From assembly GCA_964016885.1 (NCBI GenBank), contig OZ024764.1, positions 1,798,001 through 1,862,000 of the forward strand: a stretch of DNA of 64,000 nucleotides. Direction: 5' to 3'. The stretch is from Eledone cirrhosa. Lineage: Eukaryota. This document shows, piece after piece, positions 46,668-62,144 of the stretch (positions are counted from its first letter, which is position 1; the number at the start of each line of letters is the position of its first letter). The notes below the pieces were generated by a model, which was not told the origin of the DNA, searched no databases, and was given only the letters and a program-made list of their open reading frames with translations. The translations under genes and the position numbers were made by a program.

Positions 46668-47075
46668 TGGTAAACGGAATAGAAAATGCTGACAAATTGT
46701 TCACAGTTGAAAAATGGTTTAATTAGGAATAAAAGAGTATTAGTGATTGTATGGGTTAGTATTCAGTTGTGGTTTTAAGTTTTTAAGTTTTTACCGGTTG
46801 CGCATTTCTAAATGCTTTTCAAAAATAATTTTGAGATAGAGTGTCCGTGCTGTTTGCTCTGTTCTGGAACAGAACAGAGCAAACAGCACGGACACTCTAT
46901 CTCAAAATTATTTTTGAAAAGCATTTAGAAATGCGCAACCGGTAAAAACTTAAAAACTTAAAACCACAACTGAATACTAACCCATACAATCACTAATACT
47001 CTTTTATTCCTAATTAAACCATTTTTCAACTGTGAACAATTTGTCAGCATTTTCTATTCCGTTTACCAATATATA
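46661..47075. repeat. Palindrome with 206-bp arms and a 3-bp spacer; each arm has a decayed HHR (46911-46947 plus, 46789-46825 minus)
   Basis: 46661-46866 versus 46870-47075; ttt-TTGAAAA-GCATT-taga-AATGC-GCAA-CCG-GTA-aaa. Confidence 0.9.
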
Positions 47076-47111
47076 ATAACTTGTGTGTTACACCTCTATT
47101 CTTTTAACTAT

Positions 47112-47289
<178 letters not shown>

Positions 47290-47561
47290 GTATATGTATA
47301 TGTATATATATATATATATGTATATATATGTATATATATGGCATGTATATATATATGTATATATATGGCATGTATATATATATGTATATATATGGCATGT
47401 ATATATATATGTATATATATGGCATGTATATATATATGTATATATATGGCATGTATATATATATATGTATATATATGGCATGCATATATATATATATATA
47501 TATATAAAACAAGGTGGTGTAGGACAGAACAAAGGAGAGACACAAAATTTAAAAAAACCTA

Positions 47562-47605
47562 GTCACTGAGGAGGTCACAGAATGTGTGACGAAATAGGCT
47601 TTGAC
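47562..47605 (+). ncRNA. Degenerate hammerhead-like fold
   Basis: gtca-CTGAGGA-g-GTCACA-gaatg-TGTGAC-GAAA-taggc-TT-tgac; stem III does not pair beyond A15.1-U16.1. Confidence 0.5.
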
Positions 47606-47718
47606 AATATATACACAACCTTCTGGTTATAGAACCAACCAACCGGAAATTTATAATAAATTGAATGAAAACCAACAGGTGCATGTGTTTTTATTGGCAA
47701 CATGACCCTCCCAAAGTA

Positions 47719-47765
<47 letters not shown>

Positions 47766-47834
47766 AAAAAGAGATGAAATCGAAAATGCAACTGAAGTCT
47801 TATTTTTTTTAAAAATATATATATTTATTTGGTT

Positions 47835-47872
47835 CCTTTACCGGTTTCGCAGTTCTTCTGCTTTTCAAAAGG
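47835..47872 (-). ncRNA. Minimal type I hammerhead ribozyme with U3-A8 core
   Basis: CCTT-TTGAAAA-GCAG-aagaa-CTGC-GAAAC-CG-GTA-AAGG; ACCGGT palindromic stem III. Confidence 0.8.
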
Positions 47873-48109
47873 TGAGTTGAGATGGAGGGTCTGTGGTTTT
47901 TCTCACATCTGGTTGGTCTCTGAATGTTACTTGTTTTATATGGAAAAAGTGGCTCGAAAGCCAGGTTTTTCGAGAAGTAATTTGATTGGTTTGTCAATAA
48001 TTATAATAAATTTCGCGCTAGTTCGCGTTACAATAGTTCTTCAAATAAGAGAGGGGCGGTTTGTCACAGGTTGTTTTTTCATATATGAGTGTTTGAATAT
48101 ATATATATA

Positions 48110-48369
48110 TTGAAAGGATAACAAGGACGATTGGTTACTCCTTCATTACATTTATTGGTTGGTGACACGTGTTTCACCACTGATCAGCTCAAGGTTCGAT
48201 CTGTATCGATCTTACCCGACTCTGTAATTGGCAGCTCGAGTAATCAATCGTCCTTTTTATCCTTTCAATATATTACACTGTGTATAGCTATACACCTCGA
48301 CACTGAAGTGAACCTAAACATCGAGTGCTCACCCGGGTGAACCCACAGTAACTCCAGGTTACACTCCCT

Positions 48370-48370
<1 letters not shown>
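48110..48370. mobile_element. TA-flanked island with inverted arms 48110-48140 / 48238-48268 and a 3'-half HHR on minus
   Basis: Minus strand t-GAAAC-ACGT-GTC-accaacc (48157-48176). Confidence 0.55.
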
Positions 48371-48405
<35 letters not shown>

Positions 48406-48446
48406 ATGTATGTGTGTGTATGTACGTGTGTATATATGTATGATTA

Positions 48447-48477
<31 letters not shown>

Positions 48478-48506
48478 GTGTGTGTGTTTGTGTATGTATG
48501 TGTATG

Positions 48507-48539
<33 letters not shown>

Positions 48540-48651
48540 GCATGTGTATATATGTATGATTATGTGTGTGTGTGTATATATATATATATATGTGTGTGTG
48601 TGTATATATATATATGTGTGTGTGTGTTTGTGTATTTATGTGTATGTATGG

Positions 48652-48683
<32 letters not shown>

Positions 48684-48686
48684 GTG

Positions 48687-48727
<41 letters not shown>

Positions 48728-48871
48728 ATGTATATGTGTGTGTGTGTGCATGTGTGTTTATCTACTTTTATATTTATTCTTTTTCCTTTCCTTCTTCCTT
48801 TTCCAGCCTCACTTTCATAAAGATTATATTTTTGTGTTTAAAATCCACTGTCAATAAATACACCAGGATTT

Positions 48872-48932
48872 TTTCATTCTGATGACTGAAAGCAAATTTT
48901 GTTTGCTTTCAAGAAACCACTGGTAAATGAAA
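48872..48932 (+). ncRNA. Type I hammerhead ribozyme
   Basis: TTTCATT-CTGATGA-c-TGAAAGCAAA-ttttg-TTTGCTTTCA-a-GAAACC-act-GGTA-AATGAAA; cleavage after A48925. Confidence 0.88.
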
Positions 48933-49022
48933 TAATTATCTTATGTTGTTTATTACATAACTAATAAGCTCTGTAGCCTACATAGAGCACTCTTTTTTCC
49001 TGGACCTTTCAGACGGAATTAC

Positions 49023-49063
<41 letters not shown>

Positions 49064-49086
49064 GTGGTAACACAACAGTTAGTTCA

Positions 49087-49136
49087 CCATACGGAGAACA
49101 ATTGTTTCACCTTAGTGGATCCTCAGCCCGTAATGG
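49087..49136 (-). ncRNA. Type I hammerhead ribozyme
   Basis: ccattacggg-CTGAGGA-t-CC-actaa-GG-t-GAAAC-AATT-GTT-ctccgtatgg. Confidence 0.8.
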
Positions 49137-49292
49137 ACATTGTTATACGAAACAGGAAGGACAACCGTACGTACGCGCATGCACAGAAACGATATCTTCA
49201 CACAGGCAATACTAACTCGTCCCATGGACTGAGTGTTCTACCACTACAGATATTACCTCCCAGTGTTCTACCACTATATATATATATATCAT

Positions 49293-49737
49293 TATCATCA
49301 TCATCATCAGGGTTTAACGTCCACTTTTCCCAGCTTGTAAGGGTGGGACGGGAACTGATTCTGGCTTGATTTCTACAGCTGGATGCCCTTCCTAACACCA
49401 ACCTCATTTACAGTGGGTGCTTTTTTGCCGTGGCACCTCCACGACCACTTTGCAGTATATAAAGTGGTCGTGGAGGTGCCACGGCAAAAAAGCACCCACT
49501 GTAAATGAGGTTGGTGTTAGGAAGGGCATCCAGCTGTAGAAATCAAGCCAGACCACTTTGCAGTATATAAAGTGGTCGTGGAGGTGCCATGGCAAAAAAG
49601 CACCCAGCCCACACTGTAAATGAGGTTGGTGTTAGGAAGGGCATCCAGCTGTAGAAATCAAGCCAGAATCAGTTCCCGTCCCACCCTTGCAAACAGGGAA
49701 GGTCGGACGTAAAATGATGATGATGATGACGATGATT
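49293..49737. mobile_element. SINE 3' halves in head-to-head inverted arrangement with internal duplication
   Basis: Minus copy 49293-49455; plus copy 49460-49737 with a ~107-bp duplication. Confidence 0.85.
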
Positions 49738-49851
49738 GATACTACCAAAATTAACTTAAAGATGTCATGTCTGAGAATATCAGAAACAGGCACCATACCA
49801 TCTGTAGAATAAGTTCAAAGAGTCCAAGTAATAAACCGAGCATTTATTAAC

Positions 49852-49971
49852 ATTAAATTAAAAGTCGATTGACATATATATATATATAATAATCACAGCA
49901 AACAATTACAAGTAATTGTTTGCTGTGATTATTATATATATATGTATATGTCATCCTACTTTTAATTTAAT
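49852..49971. repeat. Imperfect palindrome
   Basis: ...aataatcacagcaaacaattac-aa-gtaattgtttgctgtgattatt... Confidence 0.85.
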
Positions 49972-49993
49972 ATATATATATTTAATCCTTTAG

Positions 49994-51670
49994 CATTTAC
50001 ATTACTCTATATATACTATTATATTTTCACAGTAAAGGCTTAACCTCACATAATATCTCACATAACATTTACATTACTCTATATATACTATTATATTTTC
50101 ACAGTAAAGGCTTAACCTCACATAATATCTCACATAACAGTTACATTACTCTATATATACTATTGTATTTTCACAGTAAAGGCTTTACCTCACATAATAT
50201 CTCACATAACATTTACATTACTCTATATATACTATTGTATTTTCACAGTAAAGGCTTTACCTCACATAATATCTCACATAACATTTACATTACTCTATGT
50301 ATACTATTATATTTTCACAGTAAAGGCTTTACCTCACATAATATCTCACATAACATTTACATTACTATGTATACTACTGTATTTTCACAGTAAAGGTTTA
50401 CCTCATATAACATTTACATTAGTCTATATATACTATTGTATTGTCACAGTAAAGGCTTTACCTCACATAATATCTCACATAACATTTACATTACTCTATA
50501 TATACTATTGTATTTTCACAGTAAAGGCTTTACCTCACATAATATCTCACATAACATTTACATTATTCTATATATACTATTGTATTTTCACAGTAAAGGC
50601 TTAACCTCACATAATATCTCACATAACATTTACATTACTCTATATATACTATTGTATTTTCACAGTAAAGGCTTTACCTCACATAATATCTCGCATAACA
50701 TTTACATTACTCTATATATACTACTGTATTTTCACAGTAAAGGTTTACCTCATATAACATTTACATTAGTCTATATATACTATTGTATTTTCACAGTAAA
50801 GGCTTTACCTTACATAATATCTCACATAACATTTACATTACTCTATATATACTATTGTATTTTCACAGTAAAGGCTTTACCTCACATAATATCTCACATA
50901 ACATTTACATTATTCTATATATACTATTGTATTTTCACAGTAAAGGCTTTACCTCACATAATATCTCACATAACATTTACATTACTCTATATATACTATT
51001 GTATTTTCACAGTAAAGATTTACCTTATATAACATTTACATTAGTCTATATATACTATTGTATTTTCACAGTAAAGGCTTTACCTTACATAATATCTCAC
51101 ATAACATTTACATTACTCTATATATACTATTGTATTTTCACAGTAAAGGTTTACCTCATATAACATTTACATTATTCTATATATACTATTGTATTTTCAC
51201 ACTAAAGGCTTTACCTCACATAATATCTCACATAACATTTACATTACTCTATATATACTATTGTATTTTCACAGTAAAGGTTTACCTCACATAATATCTC
51301 ACATACCATTTACATTACTCTATATATACTATTGTATTTTCACAGTAAAGGCTTTACCTCACATAATATCTCACATAACATTTACATTACTCTATATATA
51401 CTATTGTATTGTCACAGTAAAGGCTTTACCTCACATAATATCTCACATACCATTTACATTACTCTATATATACTATTGTATTTTCACAGTAAAGGCTTTA
51501 CCTCACATAATATCTCACATACCATCTACATTACTCTATATGTCCTATTGTATTTTCACGGTAAAGGCTTTACCTCACATAATATCTCACATACCATCTA
51601 CATTACTATATATGTCCTATTGTTTTTTCATGGTAAAGGCTTTACCTCACATAATACCTCACATAACATT
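49994..51670. repeat. 72/59-60-bp satellite, opposite orientation to 15784-17902
   Basis: Unit is the reverse complement of the 15.8-kb array. Confidence 0.95.
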
Positions 51671-52105
51671 TGTGGTAGTGTTAGTGTTATGATAAAATAC
51701 ACTCAGTACACTCTGTAAAGTTAGTGTTGGTGTCATGATAAAATACACCCAGTACACTCTGTAAAGTGGTAGTGTTGGTGTCATGATAAAATACACCCAG
51801 TACACTCTGTACAGTTTTTGTCTTGGTGCCATGATAAAATACACCCAGTACACTCTGTAAAGTGGTAGGGTTGGTGCCATGATAAAATACACCCAGTACA
51901 CTCTGTAAAGTGGTAGTGTTGGTGCCATGATAAAATACATCCAGTACACTCTATAAAGTGGTAGTATTGGTGCTAGAATAAAATACACCGGGTAGAGCAT
52001 GTAAAGTGGTAGTGTTAGGGCCACAATAAAATACACCTGGTACACTCTGTAAATTGTTTGTGTTGCGGCTAGAATAAAATGCACCCAGTCCACTCTGTAA
52101 AGTTG
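51671..52105 (+). repeat. 45-bp minisatellite derived from a SINE internal module
   Basis: cacccagtacactctgtaaagtggt resembles SINE cacccagcactcactgtaaagtggt. Confidence 0.8.
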
Positions 52106-52392
52106 TACTACTGCACTGTACAATTACTGCGCAAGTGAAGATTTACTAGATAACAATTGAAAATGTGGCAGTGATTGAGAAAATCTGTGAATGCAATAGG
52201 GGTGGAATGTGGTCTGGGTCTCTGAGAACCCCTGGACTATACAATGTACCCCTGGCATTTGCTGTCCACATTCGCGGCCCCGGTTATTGACAGAGTTTTC
52301 CTTAAAACCTAACTAATAATTGTTTGTGGAAACCACCAAATATTTGTGAAATTGTAAATATCTTCTGTGATTTTTTTTAATGTGTTTTTTTC

Positions 52393-52750
52393 TGGGACTG
52401 TTATGGGCTGGGATTGGGGGAATTTGGGACTGTTAGGGGCTGGGATTGGGGGAATTTGGGACTGTTAGGGGCTGGGATTGGGGGAATTTGGGATTGTTAG
52501 GGGCTGAGATTGGGGGAATTTGGGACTGTTAATGGCTGGGATTGGGGGAATTTGGGACTGTTACGTAGCTGAGATTGGGTGAATTTGGGACTGTTAGAGG
52601 CTGGGATTGGGGGAATTTGGGACTGTTAGGGGCTGGGATTGGGGGAATTTGGGATCGTTAGGGGCTGGAATTGGGGGAATTTGGGACTGTTAGGGGCTGG
52701 GATTGGGGGAATTTGGGACTGTTAGGAGAGGGATTGGGGAAATCTGGGAC
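52393..52750 (+). repeat. 32-bp G-rich minisatellite, ~11 copies
   Basis: gggactgttaggggctgggattgggggaattt. Confidence 0.92.
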
Positions 52751-53467
52751 TATATTGGGCAGGAATGTAGGGGTCTGAGAACCCCTGAATTATATATAAA
52801 ATTATTGGGGGTTGATATAGTGTTTGGTTGTAAAAGGTTTAGGACATGAAAGATAGGGATTGAGGAAAGACCTGGTTAGAAAAAGGGGCAGGGGTCTGGT
52901 TTAGGGCTATGGTAGTCACTGATATATGTTGCACCATTTCTATATTTAGCTCTAGTCATGGAAGTCTGTTGTTGTTGTTGGTGGTGGTGGTTGGGGTGGT
53001 TGCTGTTGATGTGGGGGTGGGGTCTAAGTTGGCTCCCCTTTCCCTCCCCTCTGTTGTCAATCTAAAGCCATCTTCCTCCTTCTCCCACTACTCCATGAGC
53101 TGACAGTGAAAGGGAGGGGTGGTGAGGAGGGGGATCTGTCACCCATCCCATTCTAACCCTAACCACTGCTAGAAATAGAAGTCAGAATCCACATACATCC
53201 ATCACACATACACATGTCTCTCTCTGTCCCCCTCTCACTCTCTCTCTCTTTATTCTGCCTCTCTCTTTCTCACCCTCTCTTTATTCTGCCTCTCTCTTTC
53301 TCACCCTCTCGCTACACTGTTTCTCTCTCTTTTTATCACCCCAACTCCCTTTACCATACCACCACACCACCACCACTACACCACCATACCATCAAACCAT
53401 ATCACCATACCACCAACCTCTACCATACCACCACCACCACCACCACACCACCACCACCAGACCACTA

Positions 53468-54121
53468 CATATATATACACACACAAACATTATATATACA
53501 CATACAAACATTATATATATACATATATTCACATACAAACATTATATATATATATACACATACAAACATTATATATACACATATATACACACATACATTA
53601 TATATATATATACACATATATACACAAACATTATATATACACATATATACACATACAAACATTATATATATACATATATACACATACAAACATTATATAT
53701 ATACATATATACACATACAAACATTATATATACACATATATATACACATACATTATATATATATATATACACATATATACACACTCAAACCTTATGTATA
53801 CACATATACACAAAGACATTATATATATATACACATATATACACACACAAACATTATATATACACATATATACACACACAAACATTATATATACACACAG
53901 ACATTATATATATATACACATCTATACACACTCAAACATTGTATATACACATATATACACACTCAAACATTATATATACACATATATACACCCAGACGTT
54001 ATATATAAACGCACAAACATTATATATATATACACATATATACACCCAGAGATTATATATATATATATATACATATATACACACAAACATTATATATACA
54101 TACACATATATACACCCAGAC

Positions 54122-54167
<46 letters not shown>

Positions 54168-54225
54168 AACATTATATATACACACACATATATACACCCA
54201 GACATTATATATATATATATATATA
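53468..54225. repeat. Degenerate TA/CA minisatellite related to the 54890 array
   Basis: aaacattatatatac / cccagacatt motifs. Confidence 0.85.
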
Positions 54226-54226
54226 T

Positions 54227-54367
54227 AGCCACGGAGTAGGCAGACCCAGAAAAACATGGGACGAGCTGATAAATTCCGACCTCACACGCTTACACCTCTC
54301 CAAGACAATGTCACTGGACCGAGACCTTTGGCGGTACTCAGTAATAGAGAAGACCCGCCTTACCTAA
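54227..54367 (+). pseudogene. RTE-like LINE ORF C-terminal fragment
   Basis: [17 protein letters not shown]...DRDLWR stop. Confidence 0.75.
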
Positions 54368-54454
54368 ATACAAAGTAAAAACCTACTACAGTCAGTAGGC
54401 ATCTCTATCAAAACACACCCCCGTCCCACCACCTCCACCCCACCCACACCGCCC

Positions 54455-54870
54455 CTTTCAATGTAAAGTTATGTTGGTGCCACAACATCCAGGCCGAAAC
54501 AAATGAGATCGTGTAGGTGTCACGACAAAAAACACACAGTCCACGCTGTAAATGTGGCCGTGTAGGCAACACGGTAAAAACCTCCCAGCCCCACACTGTA
54601 AATGTGGTTGGTGTTAGGAAGGGCATCCAGCTGTAGAAAACCCGCCAGACAGTCCACGCTGTAATGTGGCCGTGTAGGCAACACGGTAAAAACCTCCCAG
54701 CCCCACACTGTAAATGTGGTTGGTGTTAGGAAGGGCATCCAACTGTAGAAAACCCGCCAGACAGTCCTATGCGAGCAAGACAACCACTCTTGCCTCAAGT
54801 GGGAAAACCCCCGTCCAAACCCATGCAAGCGTGGAACACGGACGCTAAACATGATGATGATGATGATGAT
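54455..54870 (+). mobile_element. SINE 3' portion with internal duplications and (GAT)n tail
   Basis: ggttggtgttaggaagggcatccagctgtagaaa twice; aacccatgcaagcgtggaacacggacgctaaac tail. Confidence 0.8.
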
Positions 54871-54884
54871 GATATATATATTTA

Positions 54885-56936
54885 TACATATATACACACA
54901 AACATTATATATACATACACATATATACACCCAGACATTATATATATATATATATATATACATATATACACACAAACATTATATATACATACACATATAT
55001 ACACCCAGACATTATATATATATATATATATATATACATATATACACACAAACATTATATATACATACACATATATACACCCAGACATTATATATATATA
55101 TATACATATATACACACAAACATTATATATACATACACATATATATACACCCAGACGTTATATATATATATATATACACATATATACACACAAACATTAT
55201 ATATACATACACATATATACACCCAGACATTATATATATATATATATACATATATACACACAAACATTATATATACATACACATATATACACCCAGACAT
55301 TATATATATATATATATATACATATATACACACAAACATTATATATACATACACATATATACACCCAGACATTATATATATATATATACATATATACACA
55401 CAAACATTATATATACATACACATATATACACCCAGACATTATATATATATATATATACATATATACACACAAACATTATATATACATACACATATATAT
55501 ACACCCAGACGTTATATATATATATATATATACACATATATACACACAAACATTATATATACATACACATATATACACCCAGACATTATATATATATATA
55601 TATACATATATACACACAAACATTATATATACATACACATATATACACCCAGACATTATATATATATATATATATACATATATACACACAAACATTATAT
55701 ATACATACACATATATACACCCAGACATTATATATATATATATACATATATACACACAAACATTATATATACATACACATATATACACCCAGACATTATA
55801 TATATATATATATACATATATACACACAAACATTATATATACATACACATATATATACACCCAGACGTTATATATATATATATATACACATATATACACA
55901 CAAACATTATATATACATACACATATATACACCCAGACATTATATATATATATATATACATATATACACACAAACATTATATATACATACACATATATAC
56001 ACCCAGACATTATATATATATATATATATATATACATATATACACACAAACATTATATATACATACACATATATACACCCAGACATTATATATATATATA
56101 TACATATATACACACAAACATTATATATACATACACATATATACACCCAGACATTATATATATATATATATACATATATACACACAAACATTATATATAC
56201 ATACACATATATATACACCCAGACGTTATATATATATATATATACACATATATACACACAAACATTATATATACATACACATATATACACCCAGACATTA
56301 TATATATATATATATACATATATACACACAAACATTATATATACACACACATATATACACCCAGACATTATATATATATATATATACATATATACACACA
56401 AACATTATATATACATACACATATATACACCCAGACATTATATATATATATATACATATATACACACAAACATTATATATACATACACATATATACACCC
56501 AGACATTATATATATATATATATATATATACATATATACACACAAACATTATATATACATACACATATATACACCCAGACATTATATATATATATATACA
56601 TATATACACACAAACATTATATATACATACACATATATATACACCCAGACGTTATATATATATATATATATATACACATATATACACACAAACATTATAT
56701 ATACATACACATATATACACCCAGACATTATATATATATATATATACATATATACACACAAACATTATATATACATACACATATATACACCCAGACATTA
56801 TATATATATATATATACATATATACACACAAACATTATATATACATACACATATATACACCCAGACATTATATATATATATATATACATATATACACACA
56901 AACATTATATATACATACACATATATACACCCAGAC

Positions 56937-56968
<32 letters not shown>

Positions 56969-58350
56969 AACATTATATATACATACACATATATACACCC
57001 AGACATTATATATATATATATATATACATATATACACACAAACATTATATATACATACACATATATACACCCAGACATTATATATATATATATACATATA
57101 TACACACAAACATTATATATACATACACATATATACACCCAGACATTATATATATATATATATATACATATATACACACAAACATTATATATACATACAC
57201 ATATATACACCCAGACATTATATATATATATATACATATATACACACAAACATTATATATACATACACATATATATACACCCAGACGTTATATATATATA
57301 TATATATATACACATATATACACACAAACATTATATATACATACACATATATACACCCAGATATTATATATATATATATATACATATATACACACAAACA
57401 TTATATATACATACACATATATACACCCAGACATTATATATATATATATATATACATATATACACACAAACATTATATATACATACACATATATACACCC
57501 AGACATTATATATATATATATACATATATACACACAAACATTATATATACATACACATATATACACCCAGACATTATATATATATATATATACATATATA
57601 CACACAAACATTATATATACATACACATATATATACACCCAGACGTTATATATATATATATATACACATATATACACACAAACATTATATATACATACAC
57701 ATATATACACCCAGACATTATATATATATATATATATACATATATACACACAAACATTATATATACATACACATATATACACCCAGACATTATATATATA
57801 TATATATACATATATACACACAAACATTATATATACATACACATATATACACCCAGACATTATATATATATATATACATATATACACACAAACATTATAT
57901 ATACATACACATATATACACCCAGACATTATATATATATATATACATATATACACACAAACATTATATATACATACACATATATACACCCAGACATTATA
58001 TATATATATATACATATATACACACAAACATTATATATACATACACATATATATACACCCAGACGTTATATATATATATATATATATACACATATATACA
58101 CACAAACATTATATATACATACACATATATACACCCAGACATTATATATATATATATATACATATATACACACAAACATTATATATACATACACATATAT
58201 ACACCCAGACATTATATATATATATATATACATATATACACACAAACATTATATATACATACACATATATACACCCAGACATTATATATATATATATATA
58301 CATATATACACACAAACATTATATATACATACACATATATACACCCAGAC

Positions 58351-58382
<32 letters not shown>

Positions 58383-59425
58383 AACATTATATATACATAC
58401 ACATATATACACCCAGACATTATATATATATATATATATACATATATACACACAAACATTATATATACATACACATATATACACCCAGACATTATATATA
58501 TATATATACATATATACACACAAACATTATATATACATACACATATATACACCCAGACATTATATATATATATATATATATACATATATACACACAAACA
58601 TTATATATACATACACATATATACACCCAGACATTATATATATATATATACATATATACACACAAACATTATATATACATACACATATATATACACCCAG
58701 ACGTTATATATATATATATATATATACACATATATACACACAAACATTATATATACATACACATATATACACCCAGATATTATATATATATATATATACA
58801 TATATACACACAAACATTATATATACATACACATATATACACCCAGACATTATATATATATATATATATACATATATACACACAAACATTATATATACAT
58901 ACACATATATACACCCAGACATTATATATATATATATACATATATACACACAAACATTATATATACATACACATATATACACCCAGACATTATATATATA
59001 TATATATACACCCAGACGTTATATATATATATATATACACATATATACACACAAACATTATATATACATACACATATATACACCCAGACATTATATATAT
59101 ATATATATATACATATATACACACAAACATTATATATACATACACATATATACACCCAGACATTATATATATATATATATACATATATACACACAAACAT
59201 TATATATACATACACATATATACACCCAGACATTATATATATATATATACATATATACACACAAACATTATATATACATACACATATATACACCCAGACA
59301 TTATATATATATATATACATATATACACACAAACATTATATATACATACACATATATACACCCAGACATTATATATATATATATATACATATATACACAA
59401 ACATTATATATACATAAACAGACGT

Positions 59426-59459
<34 letters not shown>

Positions 59460-59590
59460 TACACACAAACATTATATATACATACACAGATGTTATATAT
59501 ATATATACACATATATACACACAAACATTATATATACATACACAGATGTTATATATATATATATATACATATATACACACAAACATTATG
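54885..59590. repeat. ~68-74-bp minisatellite with variable internal (TA)n
   Basis: Unit catatatacacacaaacattatatatacatacacatatatacacccagacatt(ata)n. Confidence 0.95.
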
Positions 59591-59717
59591 TAAATCTATT
59601 CCAGTTAAAAAGCCTGTTTAATAGATTTTTAATATATATTCATTTTGTCTTCTAATCTCTGCTTATCTCCCTCATAACACATCAATACAGCTTTGTTGGT
59701 GTTAGGGAATTAGACAC

Positions 59718-60460
59718 ACCACTACACTACCCTATAGCACACTATACTATACTACACTACACTACACTACACTACACTACAGGGTACTATAGAACACTAC
59801 ACTACACTATACTACGCTACACTATAGTACACTTCACTACACTACACTATGTAACTCTATACTACACTACACTACACTACACTACAGGGTACTATAGAAC
59901 AACACACTACGCTATGCTACACTATAGTACACTTCACTACACTACACTATGTAACTCTATAGTACACTACACTACACTATACAACACTACACTACACTAA
60001 AGGGTACTATAGAACAACACACTACGCTATGCTACACTATAGTACACTTCACTACACTACACTATGTAACTCTATAGTACACTACACTACACTATACAAC
60101 ACTACACTACACTACACTAAAGGGTACTATAGAACAACACACTACGCTATGCTACACTATAGTACACTTCACTACACTACACTATGTAACTCTATAGTAC
60201 ACTACACTACACTATACAACACTACACTACACTACACTAAAGGGTACTATAGAACAACACACTACGCTATGCTACACTATAGTACACTTCACTACACTAC
60301 ACTATGTAACTCTATAGTACACTACACTATACAACACTACACTACACTACACTCCACTACACTATAGTACACTTCACTAGACTATGTAACTCTATAGTAC
60401 ACTACACTATACAACACTACGTTACACTACACCATACAACACTACGTTACACTACACCTT
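59718..60460. repeat. (CACTA)n-based repeat with 120-bp higher-order unit
   Basis: agggtactat at 60001, 60121, 60241. Confidence 0.9.
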
Positions 60461-60619
60461 GCCACGCCATGCTATAGTACAGGCATTTGACCTCCCCATG
60501 ACACCTATTGTGACAGCAAATTAGAGTCAGTAGAATGTTGGGTAGAATGATTTAATAGTATTTGTTCCACTTCTCTGTGTTCTCCCCTCCAAGGTCAACC
60601 ACAAGGTACCATGAGAGAA

Positions 60620-61375
60620 ACACTCAGTCCACTCCCTAAGGTGGTAGTGTTGGTGACATGGCAGAAGGTACCGCAGTCCACCCTGTAAGATGGTAGCGTT
60701 GGTGACATGACAAGAAGTACCCAGTCCACTCCCTAAGGTGGTAGTGTTGGTGACATGGCAGAAGGTACCCCAGTCCACCCTGTAAGATGGTAGTGTTGGT
60801 GACATGACAAGAAGTACCCAGTCCACTCCCTAAGGTGGTAGTGCTGGTGACATGGCAGAAGGTACCGCAGTCCACCCTGTAAGATGGTAGCGTTGGTGAC
60901 ATGACAAGAAGTACCCAGTCCACTCCCTAAGGTGGTAGTGTTGGTGACATGGCAGAAGGTACCGCAGTCCACCCTGTAAGATGGTAGCGTTGGTGACATG
61001 ACAAGAAGTACCCAGTCCACTCCCTAAGGTGGTAGTGCTGGTGACATGACAGAAGGTGCCCCAGTCCACCCTGTAAGATGGTAGTGTTGGTGACATGACA
61101 AGAAGTACCCAGTCCACTCCCTAAGGTGGTAGTGTTGGTGACATGACAGAAGGTGCCCCAGTCAACCCTGTAAGATGGTAGCGTTGGTGACATGACAAGA
61201 AGAAACACCCAGTCCACTCCCTAAGGTGGTAGTGCTGGTGACATGACAAGAAGTACCCAGTCCACCCTGTGAAGTGGTAGTGCTGGTGACATGACAAGGA
61301 ACCCCCAGTCCATTCTGTAATGTGGTAGTGCTGGTTACATGTTAAAAACACCCAAGGTGGTAGTGTTGAGGCCAT
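60620..61375 (+). repeat. 97-bp dimeric minisatellite related to the SINE 45-bp module
   Basis: Period 97; cccagtccaccctgtaagatggtagtgttggtg. Confidence 0.85.
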
Positions 61376-61587
61376 AACACCCTTGGAGGTTTATTTTACA
61401 CCAGTTTCACTTTAGAGGTGAAATTTGTTTTTCCTGATGTGCTTTCACTGATTATGACCTTTAAAATGGTCAGAAATTTGTAAAAAAATCATTACATAAT
61501 TGAGTTGTGAAGCAAAAACTATTATCTAAATGACACATAAAACATTTTATATATCAAAATTTTAAAATTTCATAAATATATTCTCCA

Positions 61588-62101
61588 CATGTGGTTAGAA
61601 TGTCTCAGGAAAGAATCACTGAATTGAGAGATCACAGCTCTGATACTACAGACATGTGTTTAAAATGTCTCAGGAAAGAATCTCTGAATTGAGAGATCAC
61701 AGCTCTGATACTACAGACATGTGGTTAGAATGTCTCAGGAAAGAATCTCTACATTGAGAGACCACAGCTCTGATACTACAGACATGAGGTTAGAATGTCT
61801 CAGGAAAGAATCTCTGAATTGAGAGATCACAGCTCTAAATATTACAGACATGTGTTTAAAATGTCTCAGGAAAGAATCTCTGAATTGAGAGATCACAGCT
61901 CTGATACTACAGACATGTGGTTAGAATGTCTCAGGAAAGAATCTCTGAATTGAGAGATCACAGCTCTGATACTACAGACATGTGGTTAGAATGTCTCAGG
62001 AAAGAATCTCTGAATTGAGAGATCACAGCTCTGATACTACAGACATGTGGTTAGAATGTCTCAGGAAAGAATCTCTGAATTGAGAGATCACAGCTCTGAT
62101 A
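61588..62101 (+). repeat. 64-bp tandem repeat (~8 copies) derived from RTE-LINE coding sequence
   Basis: Unit translates to a decayed IERSQLxYYxHVVRMSQER and matches 62361-62390. Confidence 0.85.
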
Positions 62102-62144
62102 TATGAGGGTTAATTTTCATAATCGTACTTGTTAATCAGAATAA

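Noticed and set aside
52860-53110. Exon on minus strand after an acceptor-like site
   Set aside because: All three frames hit stops shortly after the acceptor; no homology evident
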